A stretch of DNA of 60,899 nt, counting the filler, from Sphacelaria rigidula (taxonomy: Eukaryota), in NCBI GenBank assembly GCA_964200075.2. It is 5 parts of 5 records of this genome, joined end to end, with 100 filler letters (N's around TTAATTAATTAA, not from the genome) between each part and the next. Parts side by side here need not be neighbours in the genome. Positions count along the whole stretch, not along the records: positions 24,403 to 36,502 come from CAXNAA020004127.1; positions 36,603 to 48,701 come from CAXNAA020004128.1; 3 more parts are not named here. One strand, 5' to 3'. Of this stretch, positions 28,277 to 41,478 are shown in pieces. The stretch's first letter is position 1. Each line of letters starts with the position of its first letter. The position numbers were made by a program, and so were the translations under genes. The notes under the pieces are model-generated. The model saw only the letters and a program-made list of their open reading frames with translations. It did no database searches and was not told the origin of the DNA.

Positions 28277-28891
28277 TATGTATTCGATTTGCTTTTCGGA
28301 ATCAAATGTTCGCCCGTGTGTCGACGCTTTTTTTTCTGGGGGGAGAGATGGAAAGGTTGAAAGCACGATGAAAATGTAGGATCAGCGACGGAACTGCGTG
28401 GTACGGTGGGCAACCGAGTTGCGTACACGCTCATGAACAGTGCAGGCAGTACAAAGCTACACGTTGTTGAAGCCATTTTCACGTCGCATTGTAAGCAGAG
28501 AGAACTGATAGTCCGGGGATGTCTGCACTGCACGTTGCCCGCTTCTCTTGAAAACCTTACTGTACGAAACACGCACATCCGCACTCGAGACACACTGCTT
28601 GCAAGCAGTGCAGACAGCACAGACTGTACTGTACACGGGTGACCATGCACCGTTTCACGAATTTCACAGTCTTTTTTCGACCGAAAGTTCGAAAATTCGA
28701 TTGGACCCAACTCAACAAAAATATGCGATTTCCGCTCAAATCAATTCCACCGCCACATTTTTTTCGATATATATATTTTCGCCAAGACACGCCCTGAAAC
28801 ACTTCTCCGCACTGCCGGATGACAGCTTTGAATTCGGTATAGAGGGTAAGGCAGGTACCCGGTACTGGTATTTGGGACATCTCATACATTA

Positions 28892-30424
28892 CGAGTTCGG
28901 CCAGCCGAGAAGCGAATTTGTAGTTTGCAGGCCCATTCACCGGCCAATATTTGGAGTTGGACCCTGAAATTTAGTATGGACAATGAACAGGGCATGACAA
29001 AAGCAAATACCAGTGCACACAAGTTTTTTTTTTTTCATGAGTTGATGGCATTTTACTGATACCTGAAAACTGATTATTGCCCTCAACTCATGAAAAAAGA
29101 ACCTTGCGTGCACTGGTATTTGCTTTTATCATGCCCTATTCATTGTGTGTGCTGTCGTCCCATTTATTCTGGGCGCCAGTCTACACCGTTCGGTATATGT
29201 GAGAGCATCAGCCGGGGTCACACAGGAGGAAGGTTAACAGAGGTGCTTCTTCTTTTTTATCGTTTTTAGTACCCCACCTTCCTTCTGCGGTGCTTGCCTT
29301 TTTTTTTTTATCAATTTTTTTTCGCGAGAGGGGTTCAGCAGTCCCTTCCCCTCGTCGATCGTGTCGAATTTTGTGTACCCACGACATAGTCGCTCTCCAC
29401 TGTTGGGCTTGGTGTGAGAAGAAAATCCCAGATTATTCCGGGAATCGAACCCCACTACTCAACCATCAGAGGGTTACGAGGTTACCAACTAAGTCACCGG
29501 GGCGACCGGCTTCAATTATCCTAACCAAATTTCAGGTCCAACTCTAAATAATGGCCGGTGAATGGGACGTTTAGTGACGGGATCGGAAGAAATTCGGAAC
29601 ATTAATTTGCGGGCCATTTACCGGCTCACGTTTGCTATTTGTGTGGGCTGTGGCTAGGGCATAATTGACGAAACGAAGTGGGTGAGGTTGATTTTTTTAT
29701 TTCTTCACTGGTCCAGAGCGTTTTAGTATGTTATCAACCGTATTTTTACGAGAACGACCGAACCTCCCCCCCCCCCCAAAAGGTTGAGGGCACATTTTTT
29801 TTAATTCAGCATACCTCCATGGTTCTTTGCTCTGAGTTTCAAATTACAGTTTTAAAAATCATGCTAAAAAATTGAGATGAGGCCCAAGAGCAGTGTAAAT
29901 TTATTCTCAAAACTGCCCTGAAAACGGGTTTTGTAAATGCTGTTTGTTTTAGCTTTATTATGCACTAGCGTTTCTCCATACGAGATTTCAAAGCATAGCT
30001 CTCAAGAGCTGAGACGCGATATCCGGATTTAGTGCATCTAGTGCCTCTGCTCGTAATATATTGATTTTAGTAAAGAAAATTATGTGCGCCATATCTCGAG
30101 ATAGATCCCGAATTAGGTCAAGGTGAGCGTATCTATAATTTCCCCGTGCTCCAGGCAATGTCCACACCAAAATTCGTCATCCGCTGAATGCATCAATCGG
30201 GGGTGTCATCGAGATTTTAGTGTGTACGCTCTCTCCGGTAGGTATAGGAATTACAAAACATGGGGTTTAATCAACGACGGAAGATGGGCCCAAACCTATC
30301 AACAGATGGGCACCTCCCCCTTGGTGAGACGATTAATACAAAACGCGGATCATGGCCCAACTCGTCCGTGTCGACGAGATATTGCTGAGAGATCTCAAAT
30401 CCGTGTCTAGGCTGGCCCAGCTCG
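28892..30424. mobile_element. CGAGCTGGGCCAG-TIR element, copy C, interrupted by a SINE
   Basis: ta|cgagttcggccagcc ... ggctggcccagctcg|ta. Colinear in reverse with 52412-53248. Confidence 0.75.
29145..29509 (-). mobile_element. tRNA-derived SINE, full-length
   Basis: Reverse-complement head ccggtcgccccggtgacttagttgg...gggttcgattcc; same body and tail as the other copies. Confidence 0.85.
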
Positions 30425-30429
30425 TACCG

Positions 30430-30785
30430 ATACCGACCCAATCGGGCATTTTCAATATATCTACGACACCCACGCCAACACGGTATTTCGAGATTTTAAT
30501 ACCTACCGCACCTGCCCAATCGGGTATTTTCATATGTCATACCTACGGTACCTACGAAACCACGGTATTTCGATATACCAATACCTGCCGTACTCGCTCA
30601 ATCAGGTATTTTCAAAACTCATTTCTATGATACCTACGATACCACGGTATTTCGAGATTTCAGTACCTACCGTACCCGTTATCAGGTATTTACAAAAGTC
30701 ATACCTACGATACCCGCGCATACCACGGTATGGAATACCCTGGTAAACACCGGGGGTACGCGGGGTACGGTACCTTACCTACGGT
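30430..30785. repeat. Minisatellite-like array (tacctacg / ccacggtatttcga / gtattttca)
   Basis: About four ~75-85 bp units recurring directly. Confidence 0.7.
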
Positions 30786-31483
30786 TCCTGTGCACAAACT
30801 GAATGTTCAAGACTATTTTATTTAGGATGTTTCAATTGCCGAAACTCACTGAGTATACCTGAATATCTGGAGTATGGACTCTTTCAAAGCACTGGGTATT
30901 CCAGATGTCCTGGAGTATCAGCTGCCGAAAGTACTGCGTAGTGGTGCCCAAGGCTGGGGACACCGGGGTATCTAGACTGTCGGCTTATCCAGAGTGCAGA
31001 GTATCGGATGGGACCTCGAGTATCGACGCCCCAAATTACCGTCTTGGACTTTACTCGATTTCAAGCACTTTGGAAATGAGTCGACTCTAGTATTGACTGT
31101 ACCTAAGCACCGCTTTGTTGGGAACAGTTGCGCTGACTTTCCAAGGAATAGAAAACGCACGCGACACGTTCCGCACGAAGATGTAGAAGCAATGCTCGTG
31201 CGAGCTCAGTCACCACTCGCCACGAAGACTTATGATTCCTTAGCCGCCAGGGTGGTGCGTTACGAAAGGCTCGACAGCATTCGATGGGTATATCCCCTTT
31301 TCAACATCATGGTATAATTTCGAAACCATTCTGAGCTTTTGGTTGGTCGTGCGGCTGATTACGCTTGGCCTTGGGCTATGTCTGGGTCGTATCCAACATC
31401 CTCAATCTGGCTCCATTTCTGACACGGACAAAGAAGTGCCTCCCGCGACATCAGTTCCAGTTGCTGTGGTAACTGTTGTTAGT

Positions 31484-31484
31484 G

Positions 31485-31524
<40 letters not shown>

Positions 31525-31550
31525 GCTGTTACTTTTGTTGCTCTTGTTGT
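31484..31550. repeat. (GTT)n microsatellite
   Basis: Direct reading. Confidence 0.9.
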
Positions 31551-31636
31551 CATTTCTATGACCATTTCTATTTCTATCTCTATTTCTATTCTTATTTCTA
31601 TCAGGCGTATTCATCACAGTGACGGAAATATATACA

Positions 31637-31992
31637 GTGCTGTCGTCCCATCTATTCTGGACGCCGGTCTATACCTTTCGGTATATGTGGGCGCACCAGC
31701 CGGGGTCACACAGGAGGAAGGTCAACACAGGGAGCTTTTTTTCTTTTTTATTTGTTTTGTAGTACCCCACCTTCCTTCTGCGGTGCTTGCCATTATTTTT
31801 TATCGCGAGAGGGGTCCAGCAGTCCCTTTCCCTCGGTCGACCGTTGAGTCGAATTTTGTCTACCCACGACAAAATCGCTCTCCGCTGTTGGGGATGGCGT
31901 GAGAAAACATCCCAGATCACTCCGAGGTTTGAACCCACGACCCAACCGTCAGAAAGTGACGAGGTTACCACCTGAGCCACCGGGGCGACCGG
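31637..31992 (-). mobile_element. tRNA-derived SINE, full-length
   Basis: Head ccggtcgccccggtggctcaggtgg...gggttcaaacc. Flanks tacagtg/tacaagtg resemble a TSD. Confidence 0.85.
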
Positions 31993-32361
31993 TACAAGTG
32001 CATCGCCAGGAAACACGATACCACGAGTCTCGTGTGAGGCATTACAACATAGCTGCCGTGCTCACCATACTGTATGACTTTTGGGAACCTGCTTAGCTAG
32101 CACGAGTATTACCACCCATCCGGACGTCACACGGTTTGCTTCCATTATCACCACGTTATCGTGTTTTTCCGACCACCGAGGCAAAGCAATGTTGATTACT
32201 TTCGCCACAAGTCACCCCATAAAAACGCCGTGCGCGCTCGATCGCCATCGTGAAACTCGAGAACCTTGTTTTGTTCATCCATGCGGCAACCCCGTGTCCC
32301 GCTCCGTACGCCCTGTCCCCGTACATGCATCTTTCACGTAATATTTGCCGTGCTCCCCCAG

Positions 32362-32433
32362 GATGATACAGACCTTGCAGGGCCGTTGGTGTTCTGCCTT
32401 TGCTTCGGCCTATGCCTCCTGTTGACGGGAAAG
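32362..32433 (+). CDS. YIPF5: YIPF5/Yip1 exon
   Basis: cccccag|DDTDLAGPLVFCLCFGLCLLLTGK|gtgagc. Contains the DLAGP motif; phase 0/0. Confidence 0.93.
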
Positions 32434-33077
32434 GTGAGCGTACGGGAGATGGATGAACAGTACCCGCAGTCTCACGCAAACACTGTGCGAGCAAGTACAC
32501 GCCTACATACCTCTGAAAAAAACGAATGTGGTCGTATGTTCAAATGAAGCGCTGTTTTTGGGAAAAAACGCGACTCCTTGATTTTGTTTTTCATCCTTCA
32601 CCGCATATACACACATACACACGGAGGGAGAACACGCACGCACAGAGAGAAAAGTTGGTGGCATATTGCGTACTAATAATGGTGCGAGCATTGCCGTAGC
32701 GATTTCGTGTACATCTTTGGGCCCCACGAACTGCGACTGTGAAGTGTGGTGGGTCGTCCTCAGCTGCAGCACGCGCGGTGCAAGCTCTGTGTCTGCATCC
32801 TGTATTCAGCTGTTCAAGTCTTGGAAGCTTGCACGTTGCTCTATCCTGATGATATTTGCCGAAGACATTTGATGAAGTGAGACAACGATCACTTACGATG
32901 ATGTTTTTCAAGTTGGTGATCTCAATGCCTAGACAAAAAAATAGACCGAAAAAATCTATGTGCCCATTTTTTTTTTCAATTTAGAAATGCTCCGATATGC
33001 TCAGGGTTTATGAACCGATTCTCAATTTCCGGACGGTGGCTGGCTGACAACCATCAAGGTTGCTTGAAGGAGGGATA

Positions 33078-33160
33078 GGGAAGGGGGGGGGCGTACTCAT
33101 TTGTTGCTTGCCTTAGTCGTGTGACCATTGACCACGCATCCCTTTCGAGACGGAGCACCG
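33078..33160 (-). mobile_element. LINE extreme 3' end fragment
   Basis: Encodes GAPSRKGCVVNGHTTKASNK*, the same C-terminus as the 36603-36840 and 37095-37673 fragments. Confidence 0.75.
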
Positions 33161-33306
33161 CGGATAGGGAAAGGGAGGACTGAGGAATTTGCTGTTTGTT
33201 TCATCGTCAATATTAATATCGTTTTTTTTTTTCTCTCTTTCTCGGTCTCTCCGTGCTGCTGTGCTTGGGCCGAACGTATTTTTTCATGCCCAATAAACGT
33301 CGTCAG

Positions 33307-33413
33307 CCGCACTTCGGCTACATCTATGGATTCGGCATGTTTGGCTGCGCTGCGACGTTCATGGTACTGAATCTCATCGGGGAGAAGCCGATCGACGTGT
33401 GGAAAACTGCCAG
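33307..33413 (+). CDS. YIPF5: YIPF5/Yip1 exon
   Basis: cgtcag|PHFGYIYGFGMFGCAATFMVLNLIGEKPIDVWKTA+AG|gtgcga. Contains the HFGYIYG motif; phase 0/2. Confidence 0.93.
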
Positions 33414-33564
33414 GTGCGAATGTCGCCCGCCTACTGAAGTCTTTGAAAGAAATTCATTCCTGCCGAGAGTATTGCCCGGATTAACATTAACATTCACAAG
33501 GCTAAATAAATATAGTCATGGAAGATGGAAGCGGTGTCGAAGAAACGGCGTATTTCTCGTTTCC

Positions 33565-33692
33565 TGTCGTTGTTGTCGTTGTCGTTGTCGTTGTCGTTAT
33601 CGTTGTTGTTGTCATTATCGTCGTCGTCGTCGTCGTTGTTGTTGTTGTTGTTGTTGTTGTTGCCGTTGTTTAGGTGGTGGTGGTGGTGGCGG
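33565..33692. repeat. Compound trinucleotide microsatellite (GTC/GTT/GGT)
   Basis: Direct reading. Confidence 0.9.
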
Positions 33693-33779
33693 CGGTGCTT
33701 TTTGTCGTCGTTCAACCCTTTCTTTTTTTGTCGTTCACCCACACTGTTTGGTACACCGTTTTACTTTTTGCTATTTTCC

Positions 33780-34029
33780 AAGGGTCGGACAAACAATGAT
33801 TCGTCTGGAAATCAAGTGGTTTTAGTATAATTGATTCAAATCGTACGAATCAATCGCTGGGCTTTGTTTTCAGCGTTGCAACCCAGGTACACGCAGCCCA
33901 AACACGTGGAATGGCGCAAAAGTTGCGTGGATACCCCTTGGACCAGCGGTCAACTTTTTTGCTCCCTTTTGGGCAATCAGGCCGAAGAAATTTGGTGATT
34001 CGTGGTTGTGATGATTCGTCCTAACCGTG
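33780..34029 (-). mobile_element. ~250-bp hAT-like MITE, copy 2 (inverted)
   Basis: Ends caagggtcggac / gtcctaaccgtg; flanks ctattttc / acattttc. Confidence 0.75.
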
Positions 34030-34550
34030 ACATTTTCCCTTTGTTTGTTATTCCTGGGATACATGAGCTATGCTTGCATCCACCCTACTTGACCATCTGC
34101 CGTACTGCCTTCCACAGGATAAATACCACACCCTAAACAATATATTACAGTGTCAAAAAGTGTACCGCGTACAGTGTGGAACCTCTTTGTCTAAAGCAGT
34201 AGACGCAGTAGTCGATTCAGCACGCAGTGCACTTTTTGACAGGGTGATCTATCGTCATCATCCAGGGTGTGAAAACTAGATAACTAGTAAATACTAGAGT
34301 TGTGAAACAAAACGGGGTTAGAACCACAGTCTCGCACGTCACTGGGTTGTTTGTGGCACGAGGGTTGCTGAAGTTATGGTACAGTTTGTGCGACAAGCTT
34401 CAATGTAGAAATGCCCGAGACGCTGTGCACTGAGCTATCTCCCCGTGTTCTCGTGTCACAAATGAGAGCTACTGTTTAACATTGGTGCAACCCTACCCCG
34501 CTTCCGCCCTTGCGGCTGTGTATCCTTACCTCCTTACGCGACCATTCCAG

Positions 34551-34779
34551 CGTCCTCGGATACTGCCTGCTGCCTGTCATAGGCTTGGCGGCTTTGGGCA
34601 TAGTTAAGGATCTTACGGGCCATGTGGGGCACATGCTGGGGGGAATTGCCGTGGTCTGGTGCACCATATCGGCCACAAGACTTTTCGAAGAGTACCTGGA
34701 CATGCGGCGACAACGATATTTGGTTGCTTACCCTGTGGGCTTGCTGTATGCATGTTTTGTTCTCATCACCGTGTATTGA
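34551..34779 (+). CDS. YIPF5: YIPF5/Yip1 terminal exon
   Basis: attccag|C completes Ser, then VLGYCLLPV...QRYLVAYPVGLLYACFVLITVY*. SVLGYCLLP and LVAYP motifs. Confidence 0.93.
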
Positions 34780-36433
34780 GGGGGTTTGGGGGGTTGAGGG
34801 GGGTGGGGTGGGGTATTCATGTCTTATTGGGGGAGGGAGGGAGGGTTGTGGTGATGTTACGGGGATGTTATGTTGATTTGTGTATTTTTTGTTTATTGTA
34901 GTTTCATCTAAATACCATCAACTCTGGACGTTGTGCGATTGGTCGTGCGCATGAAACGGGGCGATGTAACCCTTGAGTGGCGCTCAATTTTGTCTACTTG
35001 TTACGCTGTGCAGGGGGTTGTGTTTTTCCTGTTTTCAGTGGAGGTATGTATATCAAACTTATGATTCCCGATATATTCACAGCAAAGTACAGTTGAGAAT
35101 ATCGGCGACGTCGAGTTCGATATACCTCTAGCGTGCGACAATCAAGCAATGGACTAAGGACGAGCACGAGCTTTTTACTGTTACGGAAGTTGTTCCGGAG
35201 CCGAACCGAGGCCATGTAGCAGTAGCGCCGGCGTAACATGTATATTTGTTGTAGTATGCGTGGGTGCGTGTTTCGCGGCGAGCGTGCGGTCGCGTTGTGT
35301 GCTCGTCTTGTATCTAGCACGCGACCCCGGAGATGAGGTGAGGTTTCGAAAAAGCCGGGGAGTAAAAATGAACTTTCTTTTTTGGCGTGTATGTCCTCAA
35401 ATGCAGTTCTCGTCTTCGGAGATCTGAGGTTGTGGGACGGTCGTATTCGGTCAAGTGACGGCACATGATGGTACGTACTACAGGGCCGAAGCTCGTAAGA
35501 GTAGGGGGGCCCGTGCACTGCGCCAAAATGACCAGAGGGTTTTCATCGGTTCAAGTCCCACCCTGCCTTAAGCAAAGCTTTCCGAACGCTCGAGGTGCCT
35601 ACCCCAAATGACCGTTGCAACACGGTGCTCTAGCCGAGCTCGGGATACGAACCGGTTCGCAGGGTTGGTGTTGGGTTTAATTCCCCCCTCCCTTCGAACA
35701 AAAGAAACGATAGCATATTCTGTAATACAGCCCGCGCCTCCTGAAAAACAGCGAAGCAACTACTATAACCTCGAAGGTGGGAGCATGTCGTCGAAACCCC
35801 CAAGATGGAAATCGAACGAGTTCCGGCACCGGTGCGGCAGATGGATCCAGCACTGACGGCGATAATTTTTTTTAGGGATATGTTCATGTTTACGCCCTGA
35901 AGACACCGACGACTCACGAGCAACAATGTTTTCGTGAGATTAAGAGTAGAGCGTTGGTTGAGAGTGGGTCTTATCATTCGCATTAACTTGACCAAAAATT
36001 CCTTCTGTTTGTGCTTTTCTTCGCCTGTAACACTGGCGTGTACTTACGGCTACACGTCCATATCCTACTCCGGAATATCAAGGGCTCGAGTGGCAAGCTA
36101 CAACATGACGCGTATCGAACACGGGATCTCACAAACACACAAATTGGGGATGGATCTTTTATTGGGAATGCGAAACCCGGATAATTAAAATCTCCGTATC
36201 TACATCAAATCTTTGAAATGTGGTTCCATTTCTTCACCTCCTGACACCTGTTCACAACTGCTACACGCCATAAAAATTTGGATTTCGATCACCGAAATGT
36301 TGGGGTCCTGGGTGATGAACAAATTTTGGGGAATTTCGGGTGTCCGAACGGACGCCAAAATGGATCCGAAATTTGTTTTTCACCCAGGACGTCAACATTT
36401 CGGTGGTCGAAATCCAAAATTCTACGGCGTGTA

Positions 36434-36502
36434 CGAGCTGGGCCAGCCTAGAGGCTGCATGAACGTCTGCAGGCGGATGCGCCGGCCAATATTTGGAGTT
36501 AG
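36434..36502. mobile_element. CGAGCTGGGCCAG-TIR element end, cut by the contig end
   Basis: ta|cgagctgggccagcctagagg...ccaatatttggagtt. Confidence 0.7.
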
Positions 36503-36602
36503 NNNNNNNNNNNNNNNNNNNNNNNNNNNNNNNNNNNNNNNNNNNNTTAATTAATTAANNNNNNNNNNNNNNNNNNNNNNNNNNNNNNNNNNNNNNNNNN
36601 NN
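36503..36602. other. Artificial contig linker
   Basis: N44-TTAATTAATTAA-N44. Confidence 0.98.
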
Positions 36603-36840
36603 CCATACTAGGAGATAGATGGTGGCCACAGACGGCGAAACAGGACGGGGATAAGATAAGTAGAAGGTTTCTGTGTAATGTATGGAAGAAACGCAATGAG
36701 CTGCGGAAGAAACGTAATGAGCGCCGGAGTGTTGGAGATGTCTCTATTAGAAGTAGGAACGGTGCTCCGTCTCTAAAGGGACGCGTGGTCAATGGTCACA
36801 CGACTAAGGCAAGCAACAAATGAGTACGCCCCTCCCCCCC
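36603..36840 (+). mobile_element. LINE ORF2 3' end fragment
   Basis: ILGDRWWPQTAKQDGDK...NGAPS..., near-identical to the 3' part of 37095-37673. Confidence 0.75.
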
Positions 36841-37094
36841 TCAGTCTGGTCCGGCGAGAACCCGGCGGCTCCGTCTCGGCTTTGTAGGGGCGGACTCCCT
36901 CTGGGGTTGACGTCGGTTGGCGATGACGCCGTAAAATACGCCACTCACTACGTAAGCTAGGCAACCAGGTTACCAATTTTTTGCGCACTCGCGTTTCCAT
37001 TGTGCGGTAACCATTATGATGCTCGAGCTAGATCATATTGTGCGGGGTGGGAGAACCTCTACTCCGCGCAAAGGGGATAATCGTACTATGTAGT

Positions 37095-37673
37095 GTTGCT
37101 AAGGAGCGCCCAGACGCGAAGTAGACGAGGAGGAGCACCTGACGATACACGGGGGGTTGAATTAATACATACATGCATGGCTCAATGGATTCCGCCAAAA
37201 ACACTGAAACCGCGATTTCGGGTGGGGGACCTGGACCTGCCGGAAAGAAGAAAGAGATATACCAGTAGTCGAGAGGAGGAAAAAGTGGATGCACAGAAAT
37301 ACCTGTGGCAGAGCAATAGAGAGTAGAACTCAAGTAGTAGCAGAATGTGAGCTATGCAAGGAGGAACGGGACATGCAGGAGGGGGGAATGCGGGAAGTGA
37401 ACGAAGGTGGCATGAAAACGTTTGATGCATTAGACAGTAGGAAGAGAACGATGGCTATACTAGGAGATAGATAGATGGTGGCCACAGACGGCGAAACAGG
37501 ATGGGGACAAGATATGTAAAATATCTTTGTGGGATTCATGAAGAAATGTAATGAGCGCCCAAATGTTGGAGGTGTCTCTATTAGGACTGGGAATGGTGCT
37601 CCGTCTCGAAAGGAATCCGTGGTCAATGGTCAAACGAATAAGGCAAGCAACAAATGAGTACGACCCCCCCCCC
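37095..37673 (+). mobile_element. 5'-truncated degenerate LINE (ORF2 C-terminus)
   Basis: RFRVGDLDLPERRKRYTSSREEE...ESRTQVVAECELCKEERD...: frameshifted Cys-containing C-terminal region. Several copies in the window share the same 3' end. Confidence 0.75.
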
Positions 37674-37781
37674 GCCGGCCCGCCAGCCTTCCGCCCCTCC
37701 TGTCATTCAATAGCACTGTTGGTCACTGAGCGACCGGTCAATTTTTGTGTTTGACTCAAGTGCTCTGCCCATACATCCCAC

Positions 37782-37893
37782 CTGCCTTTCCCGCACTACC
37801 GAGGCGGAGTCCGCAATCAGGCCAGGGACGACGGCCTGCAGTGCCTGAAGTCGGCATTGAAGCGCGTGCAGGTCTGGAATGGAACTGTCGGCC
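37782..37893 (-). CDS. SKA2: Ska2-like protein, exon 2
   Basis: ttgagcag|G completes Arg (phase 2 matches exon 1), then ADSSIPDLHALQCRLQALQAVVPGLIADSASVVRERQ|gtggga. Resembles the second Ska2 helix (P..L..RL..L...L..L......I...KQ). Confidence 0.65.
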
Positions 37894-39240
37894 CTGCTCA
37901 AATTGGGGCGTAGGAAACGCGGGAAAAAACAGATGGACACGAAACAATGCGTGTGCTGGAGAGAGACGGGATGGTGTTACAGCGTAGTACCATGGCGCCC
38001 CTGATCGGCTGAGGTAGTGGAGGAACTTGTTGCCTTCAAGCTCGGAGCAGTTTGCATCCGTTATCCTATTCAAGTGCCTATGAAAACGCCTCGGTACATG
38101 AAGGGCACCCGTCACAATTCCTCCATTGAATCTCGGCCCTCGGTTCATGTTTCAGCCGTTCCAAAAACGTTATCTACTGAGAGCCGACGAACGTCAAAAG
38201 AGTTCGTTCGTCGTGTTGCTTCTTAGAGGATGACGCCATGGGAATATCTGGTGCAGGATGGATCATAATAAGCAACGGGAACAGGATAAAATGATCGCTG
38301 GTACTGTGTGTGAGTCATGCTACGATAGGGGGGGGACGGGGGGGGGGGGGGGATTCCATGAAAACAAAGTTTCATAGCTATATCAGACGGCCCATCAAAC
38401 TCGCGGTGCGCTTATATTTGGATAAAAATGGTGTCAAGCGGTTTGATGAAACGTTACATATCGGTAAATAAGCGCTTTCGGACAACCGTTGCTGCTTTTA
38501 ACGACGTTGTGAAGTGGAATTTCGTTCAAGATATGGCCCAAAATATCCCCCCGCATTGTAGCATGACTGTACTGTACCACACGTCTATCGCAAACCCTAC
38601 AGACCTGCTGGTGTTACAGCACTCACGCGGTGTAAGGCACTCCCTGGTCGGAGAGGGTCCCGTGTACTCTCGGGATCATATTTCATATGTCGCAAAATAT
38701 TTTACGCCATTTCGTTCAGGTACCCAACGGAACACCGTGCCCTAAATATCAACACCCTGAGAAGCCTGGTCATCGCTACATTTATGCTTGTTTTAGGGTA
38801 GGTAGGAGCTATCTGTAACGAAAGTTCTGGACCATAATTTCCGAATGATGTGATGCACCGCACTGTGACAGGGTTTCGTGTCTGATGAACAACTGGTATT
38901 ATGCCACAATTGGTTCGGCGCAATTTCATGCTGTGAAGCTCCAAATTTGGAGAGAAACCTGCTCTCGTCTGACTACAGTACAGACTGACTTGTATCGATA
39001 CGCCCGACCGTGATTCTGCAGAACGCAGTGCACCATAACATCAAGGAGTTACACGTACTGATTGCACAAGGTTTGAGAGGTTAGTTTAGTACTTGCTAGG
39101 CATGGCAATTTCCCGGGAAATTATGATTTTTGATAACCCTGGGTATAATATCTCGTTCAGTCTGCGCCGAATCAGCTGCTCTGGGAGGGCGGGGATTGGG
39201 TTTATTTCCTTGGCGCCTAGCGTAGAAAATAAACGAGAGT

Positions 39241-39612
39241 GGTGTGTGTGTGCGTGTGTTGTCATCCCATCTATTCTGGACTCCGGTCAACACCTTTCGT
39301 AATATTTGTGCGCATCAGCCGGGGTCACACAGGAGGAAGGCCAACACAGTAGTTTTTCTTCAACATATATTGTTTCAGTTCTCCATGCTCCTGCTGCGGT
39401 GCTTGCCAACAATTTTTATCGCGAGATCGGCTCAGCGGTCTCTTTCCCTCATCGACCATGAGTCGAATACTGTGTACCCACGACACAGTTGCTCTCCACC
39501 ATGTGTTGGGCATGGTTTAAGAAAAAAACCCAGATCGTGGGGCTTCACCTAAATTCGAACCCACGGCCCAACCGTCAAAAGGTTTCGAGGTTAGCAAGTG
39601 AGCCACCGGGTC
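39241..39612 (-). mobile_element. tRNA-derived SINE, diverged copy
   Basis: Same body and tail; B box gggttcgaat; agtggt on both flanks. Confidence 0.8.
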
Positions 39613-39685
39613 CACCAGTGGTACGCGGGTCAAACTGCATTTAACGTTGACGTTACACTAGGGGCCCCGAGCCGACACTTCCACA

Positions 39686-40039
39686 AGTGTGTGTGTGTGT
39701 TGTCGTCCCATCTATTCTGGTCGCCTTTCGGTATGTGTGGGCACATCAGTCGGGATCACACAGGAGGAAGGACAACACAGGAGTTTTTCTTCTTTTCGCT
39801 TCTTTTCGTTCTCCACCTTTCTTCTGCGGCGCTTGCCTTTTTTTATTATTGCGAGAGGGTTTCAGCAGTACCTTTCCCCCGTCGACCATCAAGTCGAATT
39901 TTTATGTACCCACCACATAGTCGCTCTCATCTTATGGGCATTATGTGAGAAAAAAACCCAGATCGCTCCGAGATTCGAACCCACGACCCGACCGTCAGAA
40001 GGTTTTTGGGGTTACCAACTGAGCCACAGGGGCGACCGG
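39686..40039 (-). mobile_element. tRNA-derived SINE, full-length
   Basis: Best-preserved head: TGGCTCAGTTGG (A box) and GGTTCGAATC (B box). Confidence 0.87.
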
Positions 40040-41478
40040 TGCAAGTACTCGCTTCATTCAGCCAATAGGATCGTGGTGTTGTGGCCGGGGCGGGGTGTTT
40101 TATAACGGGCAAGAAAATGATGAGAACAAGTTTTGGTTCGAGATAAACAGCGTGGTCACAGATCCTTGAAGAGCTAGTCTGTTTCGATGCCCTGTCTAGT
40201 TAGGCTTGTAGTTGTAGCTACTGTCGGGCCCGACACCATTGCTCGATTTCGAAACTTATTGCCACTTGAAACCTCACTGAGGACGTGCGGCCACTCTCCC
40301 GTGAACCATATCCACGCTACTTTCTGCTGACCTTCCACATTTAGCACTTCAAGCGCTTTGGACGTGGTGCATCGAAATTTGTTGCCATCCTACCGTACGG
40401 GATGTACATTATGTCGGGTTGCTGCTGCTTGATCATTTGCTGACCCCATGCCTTGCAGGAGAGACGGAGTGATGCTGCGGCTACAGCGTATATTTACATG
40501 CTCCGAAGTGATGAGTCGGGAGGTGATCACACTACATGAGTATTATTTCGAAAAACATTTGAAATTTCATCGATATGACACTCGTATCTACGATTCATAT
40601 ACGTCTCGTGTAAGCAAGCTCTACCATGACTTCATGAACCACCTCCTTCACGACACTGTGGTCTGAATTCTGATCCGTTTGACTACTCCCGTACCTACCC
40701 TTTATCCTGTGAGGGGAATTGCGATGACACGCCTCCTCATGATTCATTTTTGCTGTTTTTTCTGCCGGCTCAGTACCACACGACGGTTGTACCCACCACG
40801 CGTTCGTTTCTCGTCATGGCTACTGTCGATGCTCAGATGTTTTGGCATATTACCCCCCCCCCCATTTCTACGGAAGCGATGGCTATCATTCCCAAACAGG
40901 TACTCGGATCTCCCCCCCAGAAGTCCGTTCAACTTCAGATTAGCAAGAATCCTCTGGGGCAAACAGCGCTAACAACACAGCAGCCAGGCATTGCTATTCC
41001 TTCAGTAGACGTCATGAACACACTCCCGCGATGACTGTTTGACAGACGCCGAAAGTCTCATCGCCCTCACCAAAACCACTTCGAGATATCCTTTCTATGA
41101 TCTCGAAGTAGAAATAGATATTTCATTTTCCAACCTATTATTGTTGTTGTTGTTATACTGAGAAAAGTAACTCTACGGGATTACCAAGCGGGTGTTATAC
41201 ACCGTAACAGCTGTATCCAGATCTCATCATGATGTGTGAGACACATTCGTAGGTAATTTCGTAATTTCCAGAGCTCGGCTTTCGCAGCTACATGAAGTAC
41301 AGCATCCACGGAATACATGTCTATACCTCATATTGGTAACACAGTACGTAGGTCTATTGTCGACCATTTGCCAGTAGATGGACCTGCTGCCTATCGATTG
41401 CACTTGTGTTTTGAGGCTGGCCACTTCGGCAGTACTCGTAGTAGAGTGCTCGTTATCGTGTCCGTCCCTGGGCCTCAC

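Noticed and set aside
36198..36248. Possible terminal exon (VSGGEEMEPHFKDLM*) for the Ska2-like gene on the - strand
   Set aside because: It lies across the 36503-36602 linker, on a different contig.
39960..40039. tRNA gene
   Set aside because: A and B boxes are present, but the cloverleaf is irregular and always attached to the SINE body.
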